From Rhizobiaceae bacterium (GTDB lineage: Bacteria; Pseudomonadota; Alphaproteobacteria; Rhizobiales; Rhizobiaceae), in NCBI GenBank assembly GCA_028281105.1, contig JANQKQ010000067.1:3200-67199 (forward strand): a stretch of 64,000 nt of DNA, in the 5' to 3' direction. A model generated the notes under the pieces. It did no database searches, was not told the DNA's origin, and saw only the letters and a list, made by a program, of their open reading frames with translations. Positions 37,547 to 47,010 of the stretch are shown here, piece by piece (position 1 is the first letter of the stretch; each line of letters starts with the position of its first letter). Position numbers and translations under genes: made by a program.

Positions 37547-39390
37547 TCCGCAGCCGCCTCCGGCACTTCGCGAGCGCGCTCCAGGTCCACGATGAATACG
37601 GCCCCACCCTCGGGATGGCTTTCCACCGTAAGCCTTCCACCAAAGTCCTTGACGATGTTGTAGGAGATCGAAAGACCCAGTCCGAGGCCCTTGCCGACCC
37701 CCTTCGTGGTGAAGAACGGGTCGAAGATCTTACCCGTCGCCGCTTCGTCGATGCCTTCTCCGTGATCGCGCACCTTGATAAGGATGCGACCGGCTCCAGC
37801 CGACATCGCGGAAATCTCAATCCTGGGTTCGGCCGCCGTTTCCATCGCGTCGAGCGCGTTGGACAGCAGGTTGACGAGTACCTGCTGCAGCCGGTTCATG
37901 CCCCCCAGCGCATAGAGCGGTTCCTCGCCGGGTTCGATGGTGATCTGTGCAGAGCGGTCCCTGACATGGCCGGCGACGATCTCGACTGCATCGTTGATCA
38001 CCTGGCCGACCGGGACGGCGGCCAGCTTGTCGTCGGGCTTGCGGGCGAAGTTGCGCAGATGCTTGCCGATGGCGGCCATGCGATCGACCAGGGTGCTGAT
38101 CCTGGTAATATTGTCGCGCGCCTCACCGATGCGCCCGCGATCGATGTAGCTGGCGGCGTTGTCGGCGTAGGATTTGGCCGCGCCCAGCGGCTGGTTGAAC
38201 TCATGGGAAAGCGCCGCCGACATCTGGCCCAGCGCGGCGAGCTTGCTCGCCTGGATGAGATCCGCCTGCGCCTGACGCAGTTCTTCTTCGGCCGATTTGC
38301 GCTCGGCAACCTCCGCAACCAGTTTCTCGTTGGCCCGGTTGAGGTCGGCCGTCCTTTCGTCGACCCGCCTTTCCAGTTGGTTCTGCGCGGCCTGTTGCGC
38401 GGCGATGCGGTCCATCAGGCTTTGGCGTCGCTGGATGAAGAAAGTGCCGGTCAGGATAAGCGTCAGGAGCAGCAGCAGGCCGACCGCGAGGCTGACATAG
38501 GCCTGGGTGCGTGCCGGCGCGGTCTTGGCCAGCACGTGAACCGTCCAACCCGCCGCCGGCATCGCGGCGCTCTTGACGAGATACTCGGTATGCGTCCCCT
38601 CTTGGTCGACCGACGCCAGAAGGTGCCCGCCGCCTGAACCTTCCAGATAGGCGAACGGCAGTTCCAGCAGGCTGGACGTGGGATATCTGCGCGTCGCTTC
38701 GATGCGTTCTAAGATCGCCGGCGAAAGCGGCCGGATGGCCTTGAACCGCCATTCGGGACGGCCCGACATGAAGATGATGCCGTATTCGTCGACCACGATG
38801 ATCTCATGTTCGGCGCTTCTCCATGCGGTCTCGATCTCGTCCACGTCCATCTTCACGGCCACGACGCCGAGCACGGTATCGACATGGCGCACCGGCGCCG
38901 CGAAGTAGTAGCCACGTTTGAGCGAAGTCGTCCCCAACGCGAAGTAGCGGCCCTGGCCGCCGGCGATGGCGTCCGTGTAGTAGGGGCGGTAGCTGAAGTT
39001 CTTGCCAATGAACGACTTGTCCGTATCGAAGTTGCTCGCAGCGATGGTCAGCCCGTCAGGCTTCATGATGTAGATGTCAGACGCTTCGACGACGTCGTTG
39101 ATCTTCTTCAGTTGCCCGTTGAGCTGGGAAACAAGGCCCGTCTGCGAAGATCGCTCGAGCAGGGCGCGCACATCCGGCGAATCGGCGATCAGTTCGGGTA
39201 GCGGGCCGAAGCGGCTCAGCGCGCCACTCAGCGCGGCCACGGTCAGCCGCAGCGTGCTTTCGGCACGTTGCGCGGTCTGGTCGAAGAAGAAACGGGTCGC
39301 ATAGCCCGATCCCAGCGACGCAATGAGCAACGCGCCCGCGACGCCGGCGATACCGATCGCCAGGTAGATTCTCGACCGCAGAGTTTTCAT
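37543..39390 (-). CDS. dctB: Sensor histidine kinase (DctB type)
   Basis: TM, periplasmic sensor, TM, then HisKA (ALSHEFNQPL) and an HATPase domain (…DHGEGI…GKGLGLGLSIS). 4-nt overlap with dctD. Confidence 0.85.
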   Translation of the reverse strand: MKTLRSRIYLAIGIAGVAGALLIASLGSGYATRFFFDQTAQRAESTLRLTVAALSGALSRFGPLPELIADSPDVRALLERSSQTGLVSQLNGQLKKINDVVEASDIYIMKPDGLTIAASNFDTDKSFIGKNFSYRPYYTDAIAGGQGRYFALGTTSLKRGYYFAAPVRHVDTVLGVVAVKMDVDEIETAWRSAEHEIIVVDEYGIIFMSGRPEWRFKAIRPLSPAILERIEATRRYPTSSLLELPFAYLEGSGGGHLLASVDQEGTHTEYLVKSAAMPAAGWTVHVLAKTAPARTQAYVSLAVGLLLLLTLILTGTFFIQRRQSLMDRIAAQQAAQNQLERRVDERTADLNRANEKLVAEVAERKSAEEELRQAQADLIQASKLAALGQMSAALSHEFNQPLGAAKSYADNAASYIDRGRIGEARDNITRISTLVDRMAAIGKHLRNFARKPDDKLAAVPVGQVINDAVEIVAGHVRDRSAQITIEPGEEPLYALGGMNRLQQVLVNLLSNALDAMETAAEPRIEISAMSAGAGRILIKVRDHGEGIDEAATGKIFDPFFTTKGVGKGLGLGLSISYNIVKDFGGRLTVESHPEGGAVFIVDLERAREVPEAAAE

Positions 39391-39502
39391 CGCTCAACCA
39401 TAACACAGCGTATCCGAGCGAGCCGAAGCTCTCGCGTCCCGTCGAACTGCGGACGCGGTTCAGTCAATACGCTTGGCGCACGGTATGCAAGCTAGCCGCC
39501 GC

Positions 39503-40618
39503 CTAGCCACCCGCGACGCGCAAGGTTCGCGGCAGGCCACGGCCTTCCAGAGCGACCGTCTTCAGCAAGGCGTGACAGTCCATGCCACTGACCAGACGCA
39601 AGTCCGCCATCGCCTTGGCCGTGATGAGGGCGCGCAGCTTCTGGCCCCCGACCGCCAGCTCCACGTCCACCTCTCCATCCGCGCGTACGGCGATCGCGGA
39701 TATGGTGCAGGCCAGCTCGTTCTGAATGCTGATGCCCGTGGGCGCGTGCAGCGCCAGCGCCACATCGCGCGGTTGGATGCGCAGGCGCACCTTCTCACCC
39801 GGCTGCGGACGGTGGGTGAACGAGCGGGCCGAAAGAACTATGGGCCGGCCCTCGAAGTCGACCACCACCAGCCGGTGGGTGTCGTCATGGCCGCGCACGG
39901 TGCCGGTCACCAGCGTCCCCGCCGCACGCAGGCCGCCGGTGCCGAAGATTTCCGTGTGCGAAAGCACGGTTTCGATGTCGCCCGCAGCCACCGTGCGGCC
40001 TGCCTCGATAATCACCAGATGGTTGGCGAGCCGGGTCACCTCGTCGACCGAATGGCTGACATAGACGATGGGAAGGTCGAACTCATCGCGAACCGCTTCG
40101 AAAAACGGCAGCACCTCCTGTTTCAGCGCCTCGTCCAGCGCGGACAGGGGTTCATCCAACAGCAGGATGGCGGGATCGGACAGCAAGGCACGCCCGAGCG
40201 CCACGCGCTGAACCTCGCCGCCCGACAGCGCCGCCGGGCGGCGCTCAAGCAGGTCACGGATATCGAGCAAAGCGGTGATCGTATCCAACGCGAACCGGGC
40301 GGTGCGCCTGCCGGCCCATCCCGCATAGGTCAGATTGGAGCGCACGCTCAGATGCGGAAACAACAGGGGGTTCTGCATCACCACGCCGACGCGGCGGCGA
40401 TGGGCTGGCAGATCGACCGCACGATCGGCGTCGAACACTGTCTCACCATGGATGGCGATGCGGCCGGCATCGGGGCGCGCCAATCCGGCGATCATGCGAA
40501 TGAGCGATGTTTTGCCGGCACCCGAAGGACCGAACAGGGCGGTGACACCGGCGCCGGAAGCAAACTCGGCCTTGAGCGAAAAGTCACCGAGGCGGGTGGC
40601 AACGGAAACTTCAAGCAT
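39503..40618 (-). CDS. modC: Molybdate ABC transporter ATP-binding protein
   Basis: ATG 40618 (MLEVSV) inside ORF 39503..40696. GPSGAGKTS, LSGGEVQRVALGRAL, LLLDEPLSALD, plus a C-terminal TOBE/Mop-like domain. Confidence 0.85.
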   Translation of the reverse strand: MLEVSVATRLGDFSLKAEFASGAGVTALFGPSGAGKTSLIRMIAGLARPDAGRIAIHGETVFDADRAVDLPAHRRRVGVVMQNPLLFPHLSVRSNLTYAGWAGRRTARFALDTITALLDIRDLLERRPAALSGGEVQRVALGRALLSDPAILLLDEPLSALDEALKQEVLPFFEAVRDEFDLPIVYVSHSVDEVTRLANHLVIIEAGRTVAAGDIETVLSHTEIFGTGGLRAAGTLVTGTVRGHDDTHRLVVVDFEGRPIVLSARSFTHRPQPGEKVRLRIQPRDVALALHAPTGISIQNELACTISAIAVRADGEVDVELAVGGQKLRALITAKAMADLRLVSGMDCHALLKTVALEGRGLPRTLRVAGG

Positions 40619-41309
40619 TGCGCCCTCCGCGTCCGTTGACGCCGATACGACCGGATATCCACTCCGAAACCGCCACGGCCGCCAGCGACACAACAACAGC
40701 GGCGCCGATAAGAATCAGCGCCCGGCGATCGCCCGTGGGATCCTGAAGCAGGGAATAGACCGCCAGCGAGATGGTGCGGGTTTCGCCGGGAATGTTTGAG
40801 ACGAAGGTTATGGTGGCGCCGAATTCGCCCAGCGCCTTGGCGAATCCCAGCACCGCACCGGCCAGAATGCCGGGCAGCGCGAGCGGCAGGGAAATGGTGA
40901 CGAACACCATCGCCCGTCCCGCGCCAAGCGTCTGGCCGGTCTCCGCAAGCCTTCGGTCGACGGCCTCGAAGGCCAGCTTCATCGGCCGTACCAGCAACGG
41001 AAATGCCATGATCGCGGCGGCCAGCGCTGCGCCGGTCCAGCGAAAGCCCAGCACCAGGCCGGTGGTCGCCTCGACGAACTGGCCGGCCGGGCCGCGCGGA
41101 CCAAAGGCCAGCAACAGCAGATAGCCGGTGACCACCGGCGGCAGCACCAGCGGCAGATGCACCAGCGCGTTGACCAGGCCACGCCCGAAAAACCGCCAGC
41201 GGGCCAGCGCGTATGCAACCAAAATCGCGACCGGCAGCGAGACGATGATCGCGGTGAACGCGACGCGCATCGACAACGCGATGATCTGGGCGATTTCGCC
41301 GGAGAACAC
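40611..41309 (-). CDS. modB: Molybdate ABC transporter permease
   Basis: 232-aa permease between modA and modC. FGRGLVNALVHLPLVLPPVVTGYLLL is typical of ModB. Confidence 0.85.
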   Translation of the reverse strand: MFSGEIAQIIALSMRVAFTAIIVSLPVAILVAYALARWRFFGRGLVNALVHLPLVLPPVVTGYLLLLAFGPRGPAGQFVEATTGLVLGFRWTGAALAAAIMAFPLLVRPMKLAFEAVDRRLAETGQTLGAGRAMVFVTISLPLALPGILAGAVLGFAKALGEFGATITFVSNIPGETRTISLAVYSLLQDPTGDRRALILIGAAVVVSLAAVAVSEWISGRIGVNGRGGRNA

Positions 41310-41313
41310 GGGT

Positions 41314-42141
41314 TCAACCGTCCGGTTGGCTTGGCGCGCCCGGCACTGCGGCGAAACCGAGTTCGACGAAGCGACGAGCGGCGGACGGTGAAGCGAGGAA
41401 AGCGGCGAAACGCCTGGCGGTGTCGGACGCGGTTGGCGTTAACGCCGCGGCATAGACGATCGGCGGATGTTCGGTTGCGGCGAATTCATGGGCGGCGCGC
41501 ACTCCGGGCTCCAGCCGCAGATCGGACCGGTATACCACGGCTGCTCCCACATCTGCGCGCGCGACCATCGCAAGCGCCACGCGAACATTCTCGGTGAATA
41601 CCGCGTTGGCCGATACCTGCCGCCATAGCGAACGGCTTTCTAGGGCGGCCCTGCCGTATCTGCCGGCGGGAACCGACGCGGGATCGCCGATGGCGAAGCG
41701 ATTCTGCGACAGCAGCGCCGCCAGGTCTCTTTCAGCTGCGGCCTGGGGCACAGCCACAACCAGCCGGTTGGTAGCGACGACCTTCATCGTCGCCTTATCA
41801 ACACCGGCGCGGTCGATGAGCCAGTCCATCCAGACGATATCTGCTGAAACGAACAGATCGGCCGGCGCGCCGGCTGCGATCTGACGGGCCAACGTACCGG
41901 AACCGCCAAGCACGGTGCGTATGGTGCAACCGCATGCATCCTCGTGGTCGTGCGCAAGGCTCTCCACTGCTTCCTTCAGGCTTGCTGCGGCAAACACCGT
42001 CACCTCATCATCGGCCCCTGCCGGCTGCCATGCCGTGGCCAGCACCAGCGCAATCGACCCGGCCAGCGACGAAGCGAACTTGAGCGAACCGCCGTGCCAC
42101 GACCAACGGAGCAGAAACGGGAACCGCCGGACCCGGCTCAT
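41314..42141 (-). CDS. modA: Molybdate-binding periplasmic protein
   Basis: VTVFAAASLKEAV...GGSGTLARQIAAGAPADLFVSAD are ModA motifs. ATG 42141, or GTG 42159 which would overlap the eda stop. Confidence 0.8.
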   Translation of the reverse strand: MSRVRRFPFLLRWSWHGGSLKFASSLAGSIALVLATAWQPAGADDEVTVFAAASLKEAVESLAHDHEDACGCTIRTVLGGSGTLARQIAAGAPADLFVSADIVWMDWLIDRAGVDKATMKVVATNRLVVAVPQAAAERDLAALLSQNRFAIGDPASVPAGRYGRAALESRSLWRQVSANAVFTENVRVALAMVARADVGAAVVYRSDLRLEPGVRAAHEFAATEHPPIVYAAALTPTASDTARRFAAFLASPSAARRFVELGFAAVPGAPSQPDG

Positions 42142-42151
42142 CGACGACGAC

Positions 42152-42802
42152 CTAGCCACGCGCCAGTCGGCTGGCCTTGCTCGCTAGCGCCGTGATTGCC
42201 GGCCAGTCCTCGTTCGCCATCAACTTGGATGGCGCCACCCAGGAGCCGCCGACGCACACGACGTTGGGCAGCGCCAGGTATTGGGCAGCGTTGTCCGGGC
42301 CGATACCGCCGGTCGGGCAGAAGCGAAACTGCGGCAGCGGCGCAGAGATCGACTTGAGATATTCCGGTCCGCCGGCGGGCCCGGCCGGAAAGAACTTCAG
42401 GAACCGGTAGCCGGCCTCTCCCAGCGCCATCATTTCGCCGGCTGTCGCCACACCCGGCAGGAGCGGGACGGGGCAGTCCGCCGCTGCGGCCAGCAAGCCC
42501 GGTGACGCGCCGGGCGACACCATGAACCGGGCGCCCACCTTCTCCGCCACGGACATCTGAGGGGGCGTAAGGACCGTCCCGGCGCCGACGATCGCACCTT
42601 CGACTTCACCGGCGATCGCCGCGATCGCCTCCGTCGCTTTAGGGGTCCGCAGCGTTACCTCGATGCAGGCAAGACCGCCGGCGACCAGTGCGCGGGCCAG
42701 TTCCACAGCGCCGGCCACGTCGGTTACGGTCACCACCGGCACCACCGGCGCGGTGTTTAAAATCGCTTCGATGCGCTCGTCCTTGTCGGCAGCCTTGTTC
42801 AT
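42152..42802 (-). CDS. eda: KDPG / KHG aldolase
   Basis: PVVPVVTV...GGLACIEVTLRTP...GAGTVLTP...MVSPG...LPGVATAGEMM...LKFFPA...FCPTGGI is the classic Eda pattern. Confidence 0.9.
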   Translation of the reverse strand: MNKAADKDERIEAILNTAPVVPVVTVTDVAGAVELARALVAGGLACIEVTLRTPKATEAIAAIAGEVEGAIVGAGTVLTPPQMSVAEKVGARFMVSPGASPGLLAAAADCPVPLLPGVATAGEMMALGEAGYRFLKFFPAGPAGGPEYLKSISAPLPQFRFCPTGGIGPDNAAQYLALPNVVCVGGSWVAPSKLMANEDWPAITALASKASRLARG

Positions 42803-42907
42803 CGCCCGGTCATAGCCGAAACGGCAGCGAGGTCAAAGCCGAACCCCGGTCCGCGATTGACTTTTGAGTGAAACCCGCTAGGAAACCGGCGTTGAGAGGA
42901 AGTTCCG

Positions 42908-43048
42908 TTGAGACCGTCCGCCGCCCGCCATTGTGAGCCCTTTTTGACGACCGTTTCGAGCGGCCGGGCCGCTTTTGGCGCGCCTTATACGGTTGAGCTG
43001 CCCACAATCACCAAAACCATCAAAACGCACAAGACCAAGCCGGTCTGA
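42908..43048 (+). CDS. Candidate upstream ORF / leader peptide in the asd leader (46 codons, ends PTITKTIKTHKTKPV)
   Basis: TTG 42908 lies 5 nt after GAGAGGAAG. My translation is MRPSAARHCEPFLTTVSSGRAAFGAPYTVELPTITKTIKTHKTKPV*. Below the ORF-track length cutoff. Confidence 0.25.
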   Translation: MRPSAARHCEPFLTTVSSGRAAFGAPYTVELPTITKTIKTHKTKPV

Positions 43049-43168
43049 CGCTCCTCGCCTGTTCCCAAAAACGCTCTCCCTGGGTCAGGCCGAGAGCGCA
43101 AGCTACGGCGGCAGGTGCCGTTGGTTAAACGGGAGAGCAAGGGCTTCAAGCCCAAGGAGACAGTGAAA

Positions 43169-44200
43169 ATGGGCTATAATGTTGCCGTCGTCGGCGCCAC
43201 CGGCAATGTGGGCCGGGAGATGCTCGACATTCTGCACGAACGCGGCTTTCCCGCCGATCGGGTGGACGCGATCGCCTCGCGGCGCAGCCAGGGAACGGAA
43301 ACCTCGTTCGGCGACGCGACGCTGAAGGTGCGAGCGCTCGACAATTACGATTTTTCCGGCGCCGATATCGCGTTGATGTCGGCGGGCGGGGCAATCTCCA
43401 AGGAATGGTCGCCGAAGATCGCCAAGCAGGGCTGCGTGGTGATCGATAACTCGTCGGCCTGGCGCTACGACGCGGACGTGCCGCTGATCGTGCCGGAGGT
43501 CAACGCCGACGCGATCGAGAAGTTTTCCCGGCGCAACATCATCGCCAATCCCAACTGCTCGACCGCCCAGCTGGTCGTCGCGCTCAAGCCCCTGCACGAT
43601 GCGGCGACGATCAGGCGCGTGGTGGTTGCCACCTATCAGTCGGTCTCGGGTGCCGGCAAGGCGGCTATGGACGATCTGTTCAACCAGACCCGCGCGGTGT
43701 TCGTAGGCGATCCGATCGAGGCCGAGGATGGCAAGAAGCGGATCGCATTCAACTGCGTGCCGCACATCGACGTGTTCATGGAGGACGGCTCCACCAAGGA
43801 GGAATGGAAGGTGGTGGCCGAGACCAAGAAGATCGTCGATCCCGCGATCAAGGTCACCTGCACCGCCGTGCGCGTTCCGGTGTTCGTCTCCCATTCCGAA
43901 GCAGTGAACATCGAGTTCGAGAAGCCGATCTCGGCCGACGAAGCCCGTGAGATCCTGCGAGGCGCGCCGGGCTGCCTGGTCGTCGACAAGCGCGAGGATG
44001 GCGGTTACGTCACCCCGTTCGAAGCGGCGGGAGAGGACGCGACCTATATTTCGCGCATTCGCGAGGATTCAACGGTCGAAAACGGGCTCAACATGTGGGT
44101 GGTGTCGGACAATCTGCGCAAGGGCGCGGCGCTCAATACGATCCAGATCGCCGAGCTGCTGGTCAATCGTGGCCTCCTGAAGGAACGGCAGGCAGCCTGA
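43169..44200 (+). CDS. asd: Aspartate-semialdehyde dehydrogenase
   Basis: ATG 43169 behind AAGGAGA. MGYNVAVVGATGNVGREML...NPNCSTAQLV...SGAG are Asd motifs. Confidence 0.95.
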   Translation: MGYNVAVVGATGNVGREMLDILHERGFPADRVDAIASRRSQGTETSFGDATLKVRALDNYDFSGADIALMSAGGAISKEWSPKIAKQGCVVIDNSSAWRYDADVPLIVPEVNADAIEKFSRRNIIANPNCSTAQLVVALKPLHDAATIRRVVVATYQSVSGAGKAAMDDLFNQTRAVFVGDPIEAEDGKKRIAFNCVPHIDVFMEDGSTKEEWKVVAETKKIVDPAIKVTCTAVRVPVFVSHSEAVNIEFEKPISADEAREILRGAPGCLVVDKREDGGYVTPFEAAGEDATYISRIREDSTVENGLNMWVVSDNLRKGAALNTIQIAELLVNRGLLKERQAA

Positions 44201-44298
44201 CCGCTGCATCACAGGCACCCGACCCGGCGCGAAAGATCGTTTTGAGGCAGATGTTGCACCGACGGGCTTTCTCCAACATGCTTGACGTGGCGGCGGAA

Positions 44299-44322
44299 TT
44301 ATTTAACTAGTGCGTTAAATAA
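44299..44322. promoter_or_regulatory. 9-6-9 perfect inverted repeat, candidate ArsR/SmtB operator
   Basis: TTATTTAAC-tagtgc-GTTAAATAA, directly abutting the first ATG of the ArsR-family gene. Confidence 0.5.
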
Positions 44323-44697
44323 ATGAGACCCGACATGCATCAGATCATGGACGCCCTGGGCGACCCGACCCGCTTCGCCATTGTCGAGCGGCTGCTCAAC
44401 GAGGGAGAGTTGTCCGCGGGAAAGCTGTCGCAACCGTTCGCGATGTCGAAACCGGCCGTCTCGCGCCACCTGCGGGTGCTTGAGGAGGCCGGCCTGATCG
44501 AGCGCGAAGTGCGCGCGCAGTTTCGCGTGTTCCGGGCCCGGCCGGAAGCGTTCCGCAAGCTGGACGACTGGCTGCGCCGCTATCGCCGGTTCTGGGAGAC
44601 CTCGTTCGATCGGCTGGAGGAATATCTGGTCGAAAACAGCCGCGACACACGCAAACCCGGCAAAGGGCCTGCCCGTAACGGAGAAGACGATGAGTGA
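44323..44697 (+). CDS. ArsR/SmtB-family transcriptional regulator
   Basis: ALGDPTRFAIVERLLNEGELSAGKLSQPFAMSKPAVSRHLRVLEEAGLI. The start could instead be ATG 44335. Confidence 0.85.
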   Translation: MRPDMHQIMDALGDPTRFAIVERLLNEGELSAGKLSQPFAMSKPAVSRHLRVLEEAGLIEREVRAQFRVFRARPEAFRKLDDWLRRYRRFWETSFDRLEEYLVENSRDTRKPGKGPARNGEDDE

Positions 44698-45139
44698 CGA
44701 TACCACCCTGGTGATCGAGCGGATTCTGCCGGCCGATCCGGAAACGGTCTTCGAGGCATGGACCAATCCGGATATCCTGGCGAAGTGGTGGGGACCGGAC
44801 GGCGTCACCATCCCCAACCACGAATTGGATGTGAGGCCGGGCGGCAAATGGTCGACGACCATGCATTCCGATGAGATGGGGAATCGAACCGTGTCCGGCG
44901 AATATCGCACCATCGATCCTCCCAAGCGGCTGGTGTTCACCTGGGGCTGGATCGACGATGACGGCACTCGCGGCCATGAAACCGAAGTGGACGTCACGTT
45001 CGACAGAATCGAAACCGGCACCCGGATGAAGCTGGTTCAAACGGTGTTCGAGAACGCCCACCAGCGCGACATGCACAATATGGGCTGGGATTCGTCGTTC
45101 GATTGCCTGGAGCGCAGTTTGGGCGAACTGGTGTCGTAA
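44690..45139 (+). CDS. SRPBCC-superfamily protein (Aha1/activator of Hsp90 ATPase-like)
   Basis: IERILPADPETVFEAWTNPDILAKWWGPDG...RLVFTWGW. 8-nt overlap with the ArsR gene, a common pairing. Confidence 0.8.
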   Translation: MSDDTTLVIERILPADPETVFEAWTNPDILAKWWGPDGVTIPNHELDVRPGGKWSTTMHSDEMGNRTVSGEYRTIDPPKRLVFTWGWIDDDGTRGHETEVDVTFDRIETGTRMKLVQTVFENAHQRDMHNMGWDSSFDCLERSLGELVS

Positions 45140-45154
45140 GAACACCGTTCGGCG

Positions 45155-45607
45155 CTAAAACCCCTCACAGACCGGGCCGCGGCTTTCCTGTACGCTGCCG
45201 GTGATCTGGTCGGCCGAGTGGAAGAAGGTCTCCACGTTGAACTGCTCGTTCTGCGAGAACCGGTAGCACACCTCGACCACCGCCTCGCCCTCGCCGATCT
45301 CCACCAGCCGGCTCAGGATGACCGCGTCGCGCGTGGTCCGCTCCCATTCGTCGAGCGCGGCGATGAATTCGTCGCGGGTCTGCTCGACGCCCAGGTCCTT
45401 GAGTGCGATCACTGCATCCTCGCTGATGAGTTCGACAAATGCCGGCCGGTCGACTGCTCCCAGGGCCGCGAACCATTTCAATACCGGCTCCGGCATCTGC
45501 TCTTGTGACAATGCGGGGAAGGTTGCCGCCATAAAAGCGGCCAGCAGGCAGCCGGCCAGGGGATGGATGGTGCGAGCCAAGGCTGTCGCCATGACGATTC
45601 CCGTCAA
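45155..45607 (-). CDS. Hypothetical exported protein (possible NTF2/SnoaL-like fold)
   Basis: 150-aa ORF with an N-terminal hydrophobic signal-like segment. The fold guess is tentative. Confidence 0.55.
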   Translation of the reverse strand: MTGIVMATALARTIHPLAGCLLAAFMAATFPALSQEQMPEPVLKWFAALGAVDRPAFVELISEDAVIALKDLGVEQTRDEFIAALDEWERTTRDAVILSRLVEIGEGEAVVEVCYRFSQNEQFNVETFFHSADQITGSVQESRGPVCEGF

Positions 45608-45709
45608 CGGTTGAGGCTCGGGCGGCGAGCTATCGATTCGCGAACCTATGGTCGCAGCGGCGACCGGTCAAGCGACGCGGCCGCCTGTCACCAGTGCGAT
45701 CCTATCATT

Positions 45710-46597
45710 TCAGACCCGCAACGGTCTCATGACGACCTCGGTCATCGGGCTGGTGATGCTATCGAAATCGCCCTCCAACAACAGTTCGTCGGAACCGGCA
45801 TTGACGGCGCGCGCGACGATTTGCGCAACGCTGGCGCTGGCGAGCCGCAGCGCTTCGGCCGGATCGTGGTTGCAAACGAGTCGCGACGTCAGCAGGGCGC
45901 ACAACAAGTCGCCGGAACCGTTGGGCGCTTGGGCGGTGAGTTCATGCTCGGCGCATACCGCCTCCCCGCGTCCCAGCAAATGGTTGGCAATGCGACCAGG
46001 GTCGAGACCCGGCATTGAAGTCGCGACAGTCAGCTCCGCGCCAAGGTCGCCGGCCGCTTTCGCAAACTCGCGATCGCTCGCCACCATGTCTTGCCCGGAG
46101 AGCCACGATAGTTCGAACCGGTTCGGGGTGATGACATCGGCACGGGGTACCAGCTCATCGCGGATCGCGCATGCAACCGTCTCATCCACGTAGAGCCGGC
46201 CCTTATCGAGACTTGTGCCGTCGCCGATGACCGGGTCGCAGCAGAAAAGGAGCTCGCTGTTTAGCGATTTCAAGGCATCGACCAGCCGTCCCACGGCATC
46301 GGCCTGGCCGGCATCGGCCATATATCCCGATATCACCGCGCCGATCTCGCCCGCCCAGCGGGCGGACGCCAATTCATCGAGAAGGTCTGCGAACTCATCG
46401 TCGCCAATGGCGATGCGCCGGCCGGGACCATGGCCCGGATGCCATGGCAGCAGCACTGTGGGCACTGCCCACACCTGGTGGCCAAGAGCCTGCAGCGCGG
46501 GCACGATGGCGCGGTTGCCCACGCAGCCCCGCGCCACATGGCTCGATATGGCGAGTACCGCCGGCAGGTCGTTTGACCGGGATCGCGAAGACGGCAT
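45710..46597 (-). CDS. pdxY: Pyridoxal/pyridoxamine kinase
   Basis: VLAISSHVARGCVGNRAIVPALQALG...DPVIGD...GSGDLL are ribokinase-fold PdxK/PdxY motifs. Confidence 0.85.
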   Translation of the reverse strand: MPSSRSRSNDLPAVLAISSHVARGCVGNRAIVPALQALGHQVWAVPTVLLPWHPGHGPGRRIAIGDDEFADLLDELASARWAGEIGAVISGYMADAGQADAVGRLVDALKSLNSELLFCCDPVIGDGTSLDKGRLYVDETVACAIRDELVPRADVITPNRFELSWLSGQDMVASDREFAKAAGDLGAELTVATSMPGLDPGRIANHLLGRGEAVCAEHELTAQAPNGSGDLLCALLTSRLVCNHDPAEALRLASASVAQIVARAVNAGSDELLLEGDFDSITSPMTEVVMRPLRV

Positions 46598-46611
46598 GGG
46601 CGGAACGGCGC

Positions 46612-46869
46612 CTATTGCGGCGCGATGTATTTGACGTAGAGCGAAGTCGCCAAGGCGATGACGGCGATGAGCGCCAGAACGCGGGCGATGCGCTTGCCAA
46701 GCACCTCGACGCGATCGTCGGCCGGCGCATCCTTGCCCATGAAATGATCGCGCACCTTGCCGGCCGTTCGAGCCATCGACGAGGTGCCGAACGTCTCGCT
46801 TTCGCGTTCGATGCGGTCGAGAATGCGCTGGGCTTCGCGCTTATCGTCGTTGTTTCGTGCGTTCGCCAT
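46612..46869 (-). CDS. Small tail-anchored membrane protein (85 aa)
   Basis: ATG 46869 (MANARNNDDKREAQ...) inside ORF 46612..47031. Single C-terminal TM helix IARVLALIAVIALATSLYV. Confidence 0.5.
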   Translation of the reverse strand: MANARNNDDKREAQRILDRIERESETFGTSSMARTAGKVRDHFMGKDAPADDRVEVLGKRIARVLALIAVIALATSLYVKYIAPQ

Positions 46870-47010
46870 CGCCGGCCAGCTTATAGCAACCCGGGTCTGG
46901 TTCAACCGCCGGCCCCGACAAATGGCCGTGGCCACGTTCCAATTGTCACAAAAGCCTGACATATTCTGCGCACAGGTGCGGCCGGGCAGCCGCAGCGGGA
47001 GGAACACGGC

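Noticed and set aside
42152-42159. modA starting at GTG 42159, overlapping the eda stop
   Set aside because: ATG 42141 gives an equally good signal peptide without the overlap. I kept it as the alternative start, not as a separate feature.
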